From: Alphaproteobacteria bacterium
GTDB lineage: Bacteria > Pseudomonadota > Alphaproteobacteria > JAJTHO01 > CANGXP01
Direction: 5' to 3'
DNA length: 36,931 nucleotides
NCBI GenBank assembly: GCA_031376145.1
Contig: JANMDF010000072.1
Coordinates: 1 to 36,931, forward strand
A model generated the notes under the pieces. It did no database searches. It worked only from the letters and a program-made list of their open reading frames with translations, and was not told the origin of the DNA. Positions within the stretch are counted from its first letter, which is position 1, and every line of letters starts with the position of its first letter. Of this stretch, positions 1 to 7,185 are shown piece by piece. The position numbers and the translations under genes were made by a program.

Positions 1-686
1 GCGGCGCTCAGCGGCGCTGCCGGGATCGGTCGCAAGGGTGTGGTGTTGGCCTGCTGCCAACGTTGATAATGCTGTGCACCGCCACGGTGTTTCAACCAGC
101 GCATCAGGGTGCGGTCTTTAGCCAGCACCTGCATGCGGTAAATACCCAGGTTATAATTGTCTTCCCGTTTATCGCTGGGGCCTTTGGTAACGACCAGCGG
201 CCAGGTGATAAGCGGTGCCGGTTCACCTGGCCAGCACCCCTGAATGGGCAGAATATTTAAATCTATGTCGCCGCCGGTTAAGACGACTTCCTGACAGGGG
301 GCTTTACGCACCACCCTGGGTTTCATGGCCATGACGGTTTTCAGCAGTGGCAGCATGTCCAGAGCTTCCCGCCAGCCGCCAGGTGGCTCCGGCTGGCGTA
401 AAAAGGCCAGCATTTCGCCAACACCGCGCAGTTGCTCAGGGGTGCGATCCATGCCCAGTGCCACACGCTCCACGGTACCAAACAGATTGACCAGCACCGG
501 CATAGGGGATGGGCTACCATCAGCCTTGATGACATTTTCAAACAACAGGGCAGACCCGCCCGCCGCCAGCACACGGCGGTGAATTTCTGTCATTTCCAGG
601 TGGGTGCTGACCGGTGTACGGATCCGGTGCAGTAAGCCCCGCTGTTCAAGTATATCCAGAAAATCACGTAAACTGTTGTAAGGCAT
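1..686 (-). CDS. ubiD: UbiD-family 4-hydroxy-3-polyprenylbenzoate decarboxylase, N-terminal part (continues past the left edge)
   Basis: Absent from the ORF track because it is truncated. Translating the minus strand by hand from ATG 686-684, the frame stays open to position 1. It reads MPYNSLRDFLDILEQRGLLHRIRTPVSTHLEMTEIHRRVLAAGGSALLFENV...VNLFGTVERVALGM, a typical UbiD N-terminus. It starts 4 nt after the ubiA stop, so the two form an operon. Confidence 0.8.
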   Translation of the reverse strand, partial: MPYNSLRDFLDILEQRGLLHRIRTPVSTHLEMTEIHRRVLAAGGSALLFENVIKADGSPSPMPVLVNLFGTVERVALGMDRTPEQLRGVGEMLAFLRQPEPPGGWREALDMLPLLKTVMAMKPRVVRKAPCQEVVLTGGDIDLNILPIQGCWPGEPAPLITWPLVVTKGPSDKREDNYNLGIYRMQVLAKDRTLMRWLKHRGGAQHYQRWQQANTTPLRPIPAAPLSA

Positions 687-690
687 GGAT

Positions 691-1548
691 TCAGGCCAGT
701 AGCAGGGCAATAAAGATATTTCCGCCCATGTAGGCGTTTAGCCGGAAAAACCGGGCACAATGGGCAGCATCCCTAAAATCCAGCAAGCGCACCATCAGCA
801 GCATGGGGATGAAGGAGAAGGCCAGATAAAAAACGCTGAGCAGGCGCAACTGCTCCGTAGCCATGTATATGGCATACAGCATCAATAACAGCATGGTGAT
901 ATATAAACAGGTAAGCCAGATTTTGATATGTGGCTGCATCCACCGTGATGTTGACTGGAGGTGTAACTTTTTATCATCAATCACATCCTGCAGACCGTAT
1001 ACTGTATCATAGGCCAGTGTCCACAGGATCCCAGCGGCAAAAAGATACCAGGCGGATAGTGCCAGTTGCCCCTGTACTTCCTGCCAGCCCAGAAGAATGC
1101 CAACATTAAATACTAGTCCCAGAACAAGTTGCGGCGCAAAGAATACACGCTTGGCCAGGGGATATAAAACCACCAGTGGCATCACCGCCAGTCCCAGGAT
1201 GATGGTGCTCTGTGAGAGCTCCAGTAGCACCAGCAATCCCAGCGACAATAACACCGCCAGGACGATCAACGCTGTTGTGACTGACAGTGCACCTGTCGCT
1301 AGTGGGCGATTTCTGGTGCGCGCAACCTCAAGATCTACATGCCTGTCCCACAGATCGTTGATAATACAGCCCGCACTGCGCATCATCAACGCACCGATGG
1401 CAAACAGCAGGAATAACCGCCAGGGGGGAGGAGCTCCGGCATTGGCCAGTGCCAGTCCCCACCAGCACGGCCATAACAGCAGCAGGGTACCGGCCTGCTT
1501 ATTCCAGCGGATTAAATCTTTGAGTGCCTGGACGGTATAAATTGCCAT
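691..1548 (-). CDS. ubiA: 4-hydroxybenzoate polyprenyltransferase (UbiA family)
   Basis: ORF 691-1677. It is multi-pass hydrophobic, with the UbiA motif region NDLWDRHVDLEVARTRNRPLATG. I chose ATG 1548 (MAIYTVQALKDLIRWNKQAGTLLLLWP) as the start because the longer ORF overlaps the divergent ppx gene. ATG 1590 is an alternative. Confidence 0.8.
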   Translation of the reverse strand: MAIYTVQALKDLIRWNKQAGTLLLLWPCWWGLALANAGAPPPWRLFLLFAIGALMMRSAGCIINDLWDRHVDLEVARTRNRPLATGALSVTTALIVLAVLLSLGLLVLLELSQSTIILGLAVMPLVVLYPLAKRVFFAPQLVLGLVFNVGILLGWQEVQGQLALSAWYLFAAGILWTLAYDTVYGLQDVIDDKKLHLQSTSRWMQPHIKIWLTCLYITMLLLMLYAIYMATEQLRLLSVFYLAFSFIPMLLMVRLLDFRDAAHCARFFRLNAYMGGNIFIALLLA

Positions 1549-1618
1549 AAGGTGATACAGGAGGGTTGCAGTCAATCGCGTTGCTAGCATATGGTGGCAG
1601 GGATTACAAACAGGAAGC

Positions 1619-3067
1619 ATGTTCATGAAATCCGCCAGTATCGGCATCGTTGATCTTGGTTCCAACTCGGTACGCATGGTGTTGTATCGTAAGGTTGGTG
1701 GTGTACTGCAGCCATTCTTTAACGAAAAGTATGCCTGTGCTCTTGGCTTGCATCTGCATCAGACCCGAAAGTTAAATACACAGGGACGTGCTGAGGCTCT
1801 GGAGGTTGTGCGTCGGTTCATGACCATTGCCGGGGCTTATGGCGTACAGCAGTTATATGCGGTTGCCACTGAAGCCATCCGGCGTGCAGATGACGGGCAG
1901 GCATTTGTTGATGATATACACGCACAGACGGGGTTGGCGGTCGACGTCCTCAGTGGTGAGCAGGAAAGCTATTACTCGGCACTGGGTGTAACGCATTGCA
2001 TGCCCGAAGCACGGGGGTTATGCGGTGATCTGGGGGGAGCCAGCCTTGAACTGGCGCACCTGAACGGCAGCACCATCACCCAGACATTAACATTGCCCTG
2101 CGGCGTACTGACTTTTCTACAGCAGGGCGACATTACCACTGCACGCAAACGCATGCAGGCCTATCTGGCAACGATTACAGACTCCCCGGAGCTTGCCGCG
2201 CCAGTATTTTATGCCGTGGGGGGAAGCTGGCGCTCACTGGCACGATTCCATCAGCAGGTGAACGACTACCCCATTGACCAAGCGCATTATTTTCACATTG
2301 ATAGACATGCCCTGCAGCCTACCCTCGAACGCCTGATCAAAAACGGCCACAAGGGGAAAAAACTGCCAGGGGTAGCACGTGGACGTGTGGAAACCATGCC
2401 CTATGCGGCGTTGATCATGGATTGTCTTATTGATCGCTATACTGTTGAACAGGTTGTTTTTTCATCATCAGGATTGCGGGAAGGATATCTGGCGGCAAAA
2501 ATTGCCCATGGTACGAGCCGCAACCTGCTGCTTGATGAAGCTGCCGCCTTTGTCGGCGTGCAGCATGCAGCCGATCCCTGGCTGGCTGACTTGTTGCGCT
2601 GGCTGCAACCCCTGTTTCTGGACGTATCACCGCGTCTGCATGCGTTGATTGAGGCGGCGGCTGTCTTGAGTGACATTGCACATCAGGATGTGCGCGATCA
2701 TCAGGGAATCATTGCCTTTACCCGCTGTCTATATGCACCTTTCAGCAATGCGTCGCATCAGGAACACGCCTTCCTGGCGCTGACGCTGTACATACGTTAT
2801 CATGGAGAGATGGATAACAAGGTATTACTGCAACCTGCTTTAAGGCTGTTGTCCCCAGACTGGCAGCGTCAGGCGTTGAAAGTCGGTCTGGCGTTACGTC
2901 TGGCAAAGAGTTTAAGCGGTGGGGCGGATCATCTGCTTGCAACAGTTCCCGTACAGCTGCATAAAGGAGTACCAGTGATTACCGAGTTGAATACCCTGTT
3001 ACTCAATGGCAGTGAACGGTTCAACCGTCGCCTGCAGAAACTACAGGAGTCATGGTTAAATGATTGA
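1619..3067 (+). CDS. Ppx/GppA-family phosphatase
   Basis: 482-aa ORF. The N-terminal IGIVDLGSNSVRMVLY is the ASKHA phosphate-1 motif typical of Ppx/GppA. A later GGASLEL motif and a long helical C-terminal domain also fit. Confidence 0.8.
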   Translation: MFMKSASIGIVDLGSNSVRMVLYRKVGGVLQPFFNEKYACALGLHLHQTRKLNTQGRAEALEVVRRFMTIAGAYGVQQLYAVATEAIRRADDGQAFVDDIHAQTGLAVDVLSGEQESYYSALGVTHCMPEARGLCGDLGGASLELAHLNGSTITQTLTLPCGVLTFLQQGDITTARKRMQAYLATITDSPELAAPVFYAVGGSWRSLARFHQQVNDYPIDQAHYFHIDRHALQPTLERLIKNGHKGKKLPGVARGRVETMPYAALIMDCLIDRYTVEQVVFSSSGLREGYLAAKIAHGTSRNLLLDEAAAFVGVQHAADPWLADLLRWLQPLFLDVSPRLHALIEAAAVLSDIAHQDVRDHQGIIAFTRCLYAPFSNASHQEHAFLALTLYIRYHGEMDNKVLLQPALRLLSPDWQRQALKVGLALRLAKSLSGGADHLLATVPVQLHKGVPVITELNTLLLNGSERFNRRLQKLQESWLND

Positions 3068-3088
3068 TATATTTATGAAATAAAAATT

Positions 3089-3104
3089 TGGCACACCTTT
3101 TGCA
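3089..3104 (+). promoter_or_regulatory. Candidate sigma-54 (-24/-12) promoter for the flagellin gene
   Basis: TGGCAC-ACCTT-TTGCA matches the TGGCAC-N5-TTGC consensus exactly. It lies about 75 nt upstream of the flagellin ATG. An AAGGAG Shine-Dalgarno motif sits 8 nt before that ATG. Confidence 0.55.
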
Positions 3105-3177
3105 CCAGAACTGGCGTTGGCACCGGTCATCAAGATCAGCGCCCCGAGTTTACGAGTGAGTGTAAGGAGTTTCTGCC

Positions 3178-4746
3178 ATGTTATCCGCCACAACCAACAC
3201 TGCCGCGCTGACCGCGCAACGCTTCCTGGATCAATCCAGTTCAATGGCGTCGTCATCGATTGCCAAGATGTCATCGGGTTCCCGTATTGTTAAGGCTTCT
3301 GATGACGCGTCATCATTGGCGATTGGTAACAAGTTGCGGGCTGACATCTCTGCCTTGCAGCAGGCCACACGAAATGCCTCACAGGGTGCATCACTGTTGC
3401 AGGTTACCAACGGTGCTATTGACCGAATCGGCGATATTCTGACCCGGTTGAAAACCTTGTCTACACAGGTGGTGAACGGCTCACTGTCGACACCAGAGCG
3501 TCAGTTTGCCCAACAGGAATTTACCGAGCTGGTAACCCAGATTGACCAGATTTCTTCACAAACCCGCTGGAACAGTGTATCCATGCTGAACGGGGGTGAT
3601 AAAACCCTGGCCTCTACCAACACCCTTGGCTCAGACGTCAGTGCCGGCGTGTCCGGTGCCAGAGGCAGTGCAACACCAGGTGGTTATTTCAACCCGACTA
3701 CAGCCAGTAACGTGTTTAATACCTTTACTGGCACAGTTGATGGCCAGGCTAAAAGTGTAACAGTGGTGCAGAACGGCTCAGCCAACCAGTTTAAAATCAA
3801 TATCGAAATCGGTAATCAGACCTTTGAAGGCTATGCCTCATACAGCCAGGCCAGTGGTGGCAGTATTACGATGACCAGCACCACCAACAGCCATAATACT
3901 TTTAGAATTGTCAACAACGCGGCAGCCCTGGGTACCAGTGCGGCCACGCTGGAAAGTGACCTGGAAAGTGCGCTGTCTCTGGATACCACCACGTCGCCAC
4001 CGGCAAGTTTCCAATCAAAAGCATTAACGAATGCCAACGCTGCTGCCCTGCTGGAAGCAGGGGCGACCACACTGGGCAGTGTGATCACCGCTACCGGCGC
4101 GGCTGTGGATGGTATTTACAACCTGACCTCACGGCACGATACGGCAACGGGAACCACTACATTTCGTGTGCAGCATGAAGATGGCAGTGTGTATCAGGCA
4201 ACCCTGCCTAATGCCAGTACTGCCACGGGTCAGCAAACGATTGTTTTCAGCAATGGTACTGAATTGAAGCTCGCTGAAGCACAGGCTCAGGCAACCGCAA
4301 CAACAAACCTGGAAGGTGTACGTTTTGAAGTCACCCGTGGCTCAGCCACCACCATGGATTTCCAGGTTGGTGTGAAAGCCACGGATACGATTACCATCAG
4401 CTTTGTGGCCATGACCTCACAAAGCCTGGGGCTGGATGTCTTGAATATTGAGACGCAGGCGGGTGGTACAACGGCTTCAGCGGCGGTATCCGATGCGATT
4501 AACAAGGTAAACATTGCCCAGGCACAATTAGGGTCGATTCAAAGTCGAATGGAATATGTACAGAGCAACCTGTCAACCATCATCGAAAACCTGTCCGCTG
4601 CCAAAGGGATCTTCCTGGATGTGGATATGGCACGTGAGATGACTGAATTTACCAAACAGCAAACCCTGATGCAGGCTGGCGTTGCCATGCTGGCACAGGC
4701 CAACCAGATGCCACAGTCGCTGTTGCGACTGATCCAGGGTGGTTGA
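3178..4746 (+). CDS. fliC: Flagellin (long variable central domain)
   Basis: 522 aa. The conserved N-terminal D0/D1 reads SSGSRIVKASDDASSLAIGNKLRADISALQQATRNASQGASLLQVTNGA. The C-terminus reads AQLGSIQSRMEYVQSNLSTIIENLSAAKG...QQTLMQAGVAMLAQANQMPQSLLRLIQGG. The centre (~300 aa) is T/S/A/N-rich. Confidence 0.9.
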   Translation: MLSATTNTAALTAQRFLDQSSSMASSSIAKMSSGSRIVKASDDASSLAIGNKLRADISALQQATRNASQGASLLQVTNGAIDRIGDILTRLKTLSTQVVNGSLSTPERQFAQQEFTELVTQIDQISSQTRWNSVSMLNGGDKTLASTNTLGSDVSAGVSGARGSATPGGYFNPTTASNVFNTFTGTVDGQAKSVTVVQNGSANQFKINIEIGNQTFEGYASYSQASGGSITMTSTTNSHNTFRIVNNAAALGTSAATLESDLESALSLDTTTSPPASFQSKALTNANAAALLEAGATTLGSVITATGAAVDGIYNLTSRHDTATGTTTFRVQHEDGSVYQATLPNASTATGQQTIVFSNGTELKLAEAQAQATATTNLEGVRFEVTRGSATTMDFQVGVKATDTITISFVAMTSQSLGLDVLNIETQAGGTTASAAVSDAINKVNIAQAQLGSIQSRMEYVQSNLSTIIENLSAAKGIFLDVDMAREMTEFTKQQTLMQAGVAMLAQANQMPQSLLRLIQGG

Positions 4747-4836
4747 TACTGCTGGATAACAGGTTTCCAAGTTCCAAAAAGACTACTGCCTGGAATCAGG
4801 TGGCGTAATATCACATTGCTTTCCCCAAGCCCAAAA

Positions 4837-4867
4837 AACCTGGTGTTTCCCCACACCAGGTTTTTTT
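4837..4867. terminator. Bidirectional rho-independent terminator
   Basis: A perfect 10-bp stem (aacctggtgt 4837-4846 pairing with acaccaggtt 4853-4862) around a 6-nt loop. It is followed by a T7 run on the plus strand and preceded by an A6 run, which is a T-run on the minus strand. It can terminate both the flagellin gene and the minus-strand islet operon. Confidence 0.75.
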
Positions 4868-5003
4868 GGTTACACCGCTGGCATCAGTATGGTCAAAATT
4901 CTTTGCGAACTTTAATCCCGTACGGCTTTTGAGTGCTATATAGCCAATTGAATAATTGACTGCATACTTGCAGCAACACCGCGTAATTCCGGCCTGGCAG
5001 GCA

Positions 5004-5055
5004 TTACCCCCCTACGCAATCGTTGAGATACTTCCAGATTTGTATACTCGCGCAC
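5004..5055 (-). repeat. Degenerate third copy of the lepA 3' terminus (putative distal att remnant)
   Basis: The minus strand reads GTG CGC GAG TAT ACA AAT CTG GAA GTA TCT CAA ... GGGGGG TAA. The lepA end reads ATG CGC GAA TTC GGG AAT GTG GAA ATT CCG CAA ... GGGGGGG TGA. That is 20/32 ungapped nt, with REYTNLEVSQ against [10 protein letters not shown]. Both share the boundary heptamer tcgcgca and a C-run followed by a stop. An internal ~17-nt deletion is implied. On statistics alone this is only marginal; its position and orientation add weight. Confidence 0.4.
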
Positions 5056-5249
5056 CAGCCGTTCGGCCACTGCTTCACTGAGAGCACTGCGTCATGCCGA
5101 ATGCAGAAAGCATGCATTTGTAGGGTGTGGAACTGCTGCAAAATCGCCTGTTCAACCAGCAGTCCCTCAACGCGGGCGGCAATGGTGGTTTGTTCGGATT
5201 CGGGCAAGGTTTTGATGTAATCATCAAGGGAAATGGGGTTGTAGGACAT
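5004..5249 (-). pseudogene. Possible decayed XRE-type antitoxin/regulator ORF running into the lepA remnant
   Basis: 81-aa ORF with no SD motif. The N-terminus MSYNPISLDDYIKTLPESEQTTIAARVEGLLVEQAILQQ resembles the leader of small XRE antitoxins. The expected HTH appears only in the other two frames (AFGMTQ, then SALSEAVAERLV), which implies frameshifts. The 3' end is built from the lepA-like remnant read out of frame. Confidence 0.3.
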
Positions 5250-5260
5250 AAGCTAAATAA

Positions 5261-5704
5261 TTAAATTACAAGGCTAACATCAGGGATTTCCACAAACCAC
5301 TGTGCAAGGCGAGATATTTTTTTCTGGTTGGCTTTTGAGAACGTTCCCCAAACTTCGCCATGATAAGGATTTTCTGGTAGAGGATCATAACCAACCTGAA
5401 AACTCAATTCTCGCAATTTCCCAACATTAAGCAAAATTGAACCTGTAAATTTCGGATTACTGACAAACGTTTTTGCGTCAATTCCGTTTTGTTCAATCAG
5501 ATTTTTAAGATCAACGGACATGCCTCGATTGCCAATGCTCGAGGGCTTATAAAGCATAGAAGAAACTCGATGAGGAATGGCTGGTGGCGAAGGAAAGCAG
5601 GACTCCAAAGATACTCTTCTGATAACAAAGTGTTCATCAAGAATATCTTCATGATTGTGGGGAATTACTTCTCCATCAGCATTACGCGGCGGCGGCTTTA
5701 TCAC
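5261..5704 (-). CDS. Hypothetical 147-aa protein (candidate effector/toxin of the trio)
   Basis: GTG start at 5704, preceded by GGAGG 6 nt upstream. The start lies 23 nt inside the upstream ORF, which suggests coupling. I recognise no family. The sequence contains YKPSSIGNRGMSVD and PENPYHGEVWG. Confidence 0.6.
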   Translation of the reverse strand: MIKPPPRNADGEVIPHNHEDILDEHFVIRRVSLESCFPSPPAIPHRVSSMLYKPSSIGNRGMSVDLKNLIEQNGIDAKTFVSNPKFTGSILLNVGKLRELSFQVGYDPLPENPYHGEVWGTFSKANQKKISRLAQWFVEIPDVSLVI

Positions 5705-6194
5705 TGCTCGCCTCCACGGTTTCTGCGACCCATTTCAGAGCAGTCAAAAAATCATATTCTAAAAGTTGCTCCTCACCATCTTCACCCGTGCTAGGCGTAC
5801 AATGCCATGCTTTTACTTGGTTGGGAGCAATTATATGTAATTCGATATCTATGCCTTCTACATGCCACTCTATCTGCAGGTCACCGTTAAAACCTGGAAT
5901 AATGCTAGGCATTGTAGTATTCTCATTCGCACAAATAAGTCCTAATAGCTTTAGCGTAAAATGTGCATTAGGCGCACTTACAGGTCGCGCTCTGTATCCA
6001 TCCCATCCTACGGGAAGCTGCGCTAGGCTATAAACTCTTTCTATTGCATCATCAAACCACTCCAAGGGTGTAGTGGTCATCCTTAAGTATTGAGTATTAT
6101 TTAGGCGTGTAGGCACGTTTGAAGACCTATTGGAGCGGTCTATGGTAGATGTAGTGCAATCATCTGAGGCGGTACTATTAGAGTCTAACAACAT
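5682..6194 (-). CDS. Hypothetical 170-aa protein (WDGY-motif protein)
   Basis: The ORF track starts at TTG 6209. I prefer ATG 6194, which forms a TAATG stop/start overlap with the upstream gene and follows GGGGGAAG. Motifs are LPVGWDGYRARPVS and GFNGDLQIEWH, with an S/T/N-rich N-terminal tail. Confidence 0.6.
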   Translation of the reverse strand: MLLDSNSTASDDCTTSTIDRSNRSSNVPTRLNNTQYLRMTTTPLEWFDDAIERVYSLAQLPVGWDGYRARPVSAPNAHFTLKLLGLICANENTTMPSIIPGFNGDLQIEWHVEGIDIELHIIAPNQVKAWHCTPSTGEDGEEQLLEYDFLTALKWVAETVEASSDKAAAA

Positions 6195-7012
6195 TATTTC
6201 TTCCCCCAATGTCGGTGTGCCGCATCAGTGGTAATGGCATCAAAGTTCTGAACAATTAATTCACGCCCTTGTCCTAAAAATGCGATTGCGGCTTGTAGAG
6301 ATGACTCCTCAGGTTTTCCTCGAACAGTCATGTTTAGCCTTAATAATCTCTCGCCTTTTGCATTTACCGCGATTGCGCTTTCACAAATCAAACGTCCGCA
6401 AGGCTTATTATTTTTATCGTCTATTGTAATACGAAAGGTATGCTGAAAATCTGCCACTATCGTTTTTTTTTCAAGAAATGAAAAATCTAAAAATTTCAAC
6501 CATTTATTAGCGGTGATATTTTGGTTCTCAGGATGCTCTAACGGAATATGATTTATATAGGTAATTTCCGTTTGATTAATGTTTAAACCATTCCCATCAA
6601 ACCCCTTGAAAAATTCATCAAGCTTTCCAGCTTCTTGCGTAAATTTCGCAATGATACTTTCATAACGCGGATATGGTGTGTCATGCTCATCAATTTTTCG
6701 CCAATTATGCAAAAATCTATCATTCTGAAATTGAATGAGTTCATTTTGATCCCTTGATAGAAACCAAAAACGATCATGTGTAGCACCCGTTATCAAACCA
6801 AAGGGAGATTGTTCTATAGGAAAACCGAAATGCTCAAAAATTGGGGGGAGAGGATGATGCTCTTTTACATCTGGGTAATTTTCTTTATAAAGATTCCAAA
6901 CTTCTCCAGCATGAATTTGTTGATACCCTTGAGGGGTGCTGAACTGAATACCCAAAACAACCTCATGTAGAGGTGGTTTTTCATAATCTGGAAGGTGTGT
7001 GGGTCTACTCAA
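6194..7012 (-). CDS. TIGR04255-like uncharacterised protein
   Basis: The ORF track gives 6194-7045 with a TTG start. A better start is TTG 7012, with AAGGAG 7 nt upstream. The N-terminal PDYEKPPLHEVVLGIQF and the C-terminal FDAITTDAAHRHW resemble the TIGR04255 family as I remember it. Confidence 0.65.
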   Translation of the reverse strand: MSRPTHLPDYEKPPLHEVVLGIQFSTPQGYQQIHAGEVWNLYKENYPDVKEHHPLPPIFEHFGFPIEQSPFGLITGATHDRFWFLSRDQNELIQFQNDRFLHNWRKIDEHDTPYPRYESIIAKFTQEAGKLDEFFKGFDGNGLNINQTEITYINHIPLEHPENQNITANKWLKFLDFSFLEKKTIVADFQHTFRITIDDKNNKPCGRLICESAIAVNAKGERLLRLNMTVRGKPEESSLQAAIAFLGQGRELIVQNFDAITTDAAHRHWGKK

Positions 7013-7110
7013 AATAATGCTCCTTTTCTTTGCTGACTCTAACAAGAAAAAAGTTAAAAATATAGAGCCATTCAGTTATTTATATTGGCTGTGACTAAAA
7101 AGAAATGCAA

Positions 7111-7180
7111 TCTCACCCCCCCGTCTTCAGCACCTCAATAAACGCACTTTGCGGGATTTCCACATTCCCGAACGCGCGCA
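7111..7180 (-). repeat. Displaced copy of the last 22 codons plus stop of lepA (internal att-like repeat)
   Basis: A position-by-position hand alignment to 8468-8537 gives 65/70 identity. It translates as [22 protein letters not shown], against [22 protein letters not shown] in lepA. Confidence 0.9.
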
Positions 7181-7185
7181 GAATT

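Larger units (their letters stand above)
5056..7110 (-). mobile_element. Islet 2: AT-rich accessory cassette between lepA-terminus copies (no integrase)
   Basis: Bounded by the repeat copies at 5004-5055 and 7111-7180. Hand-counted G+C is about 32-33% in sampled 60-nt stretches (5401-5460, 6421-6480), against roughly 45-55% in the flanking genes. Confidence 0.5.

Noticed and set aside
5261-5704. Reading the 147-aa protein as an ADP-ribosyltransferase-like toxin, from a loose R...S-S...E spacing (IRRVS, KPSSIG, HGEVWG).
   Set aside because: The motif match is far too loose to support from sequence inspection alone. I keep the protein as an unassigned orphan pending profile or structure searches.
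7046-7110. A possible sigma-70 promoter for the trio, with TTGCAT straddling the repeat boundary and a weak -10.
   Set aside because: The -10 candidates (CAATAT or TATAAA) have poor matches or spacing, which is too weak to call.
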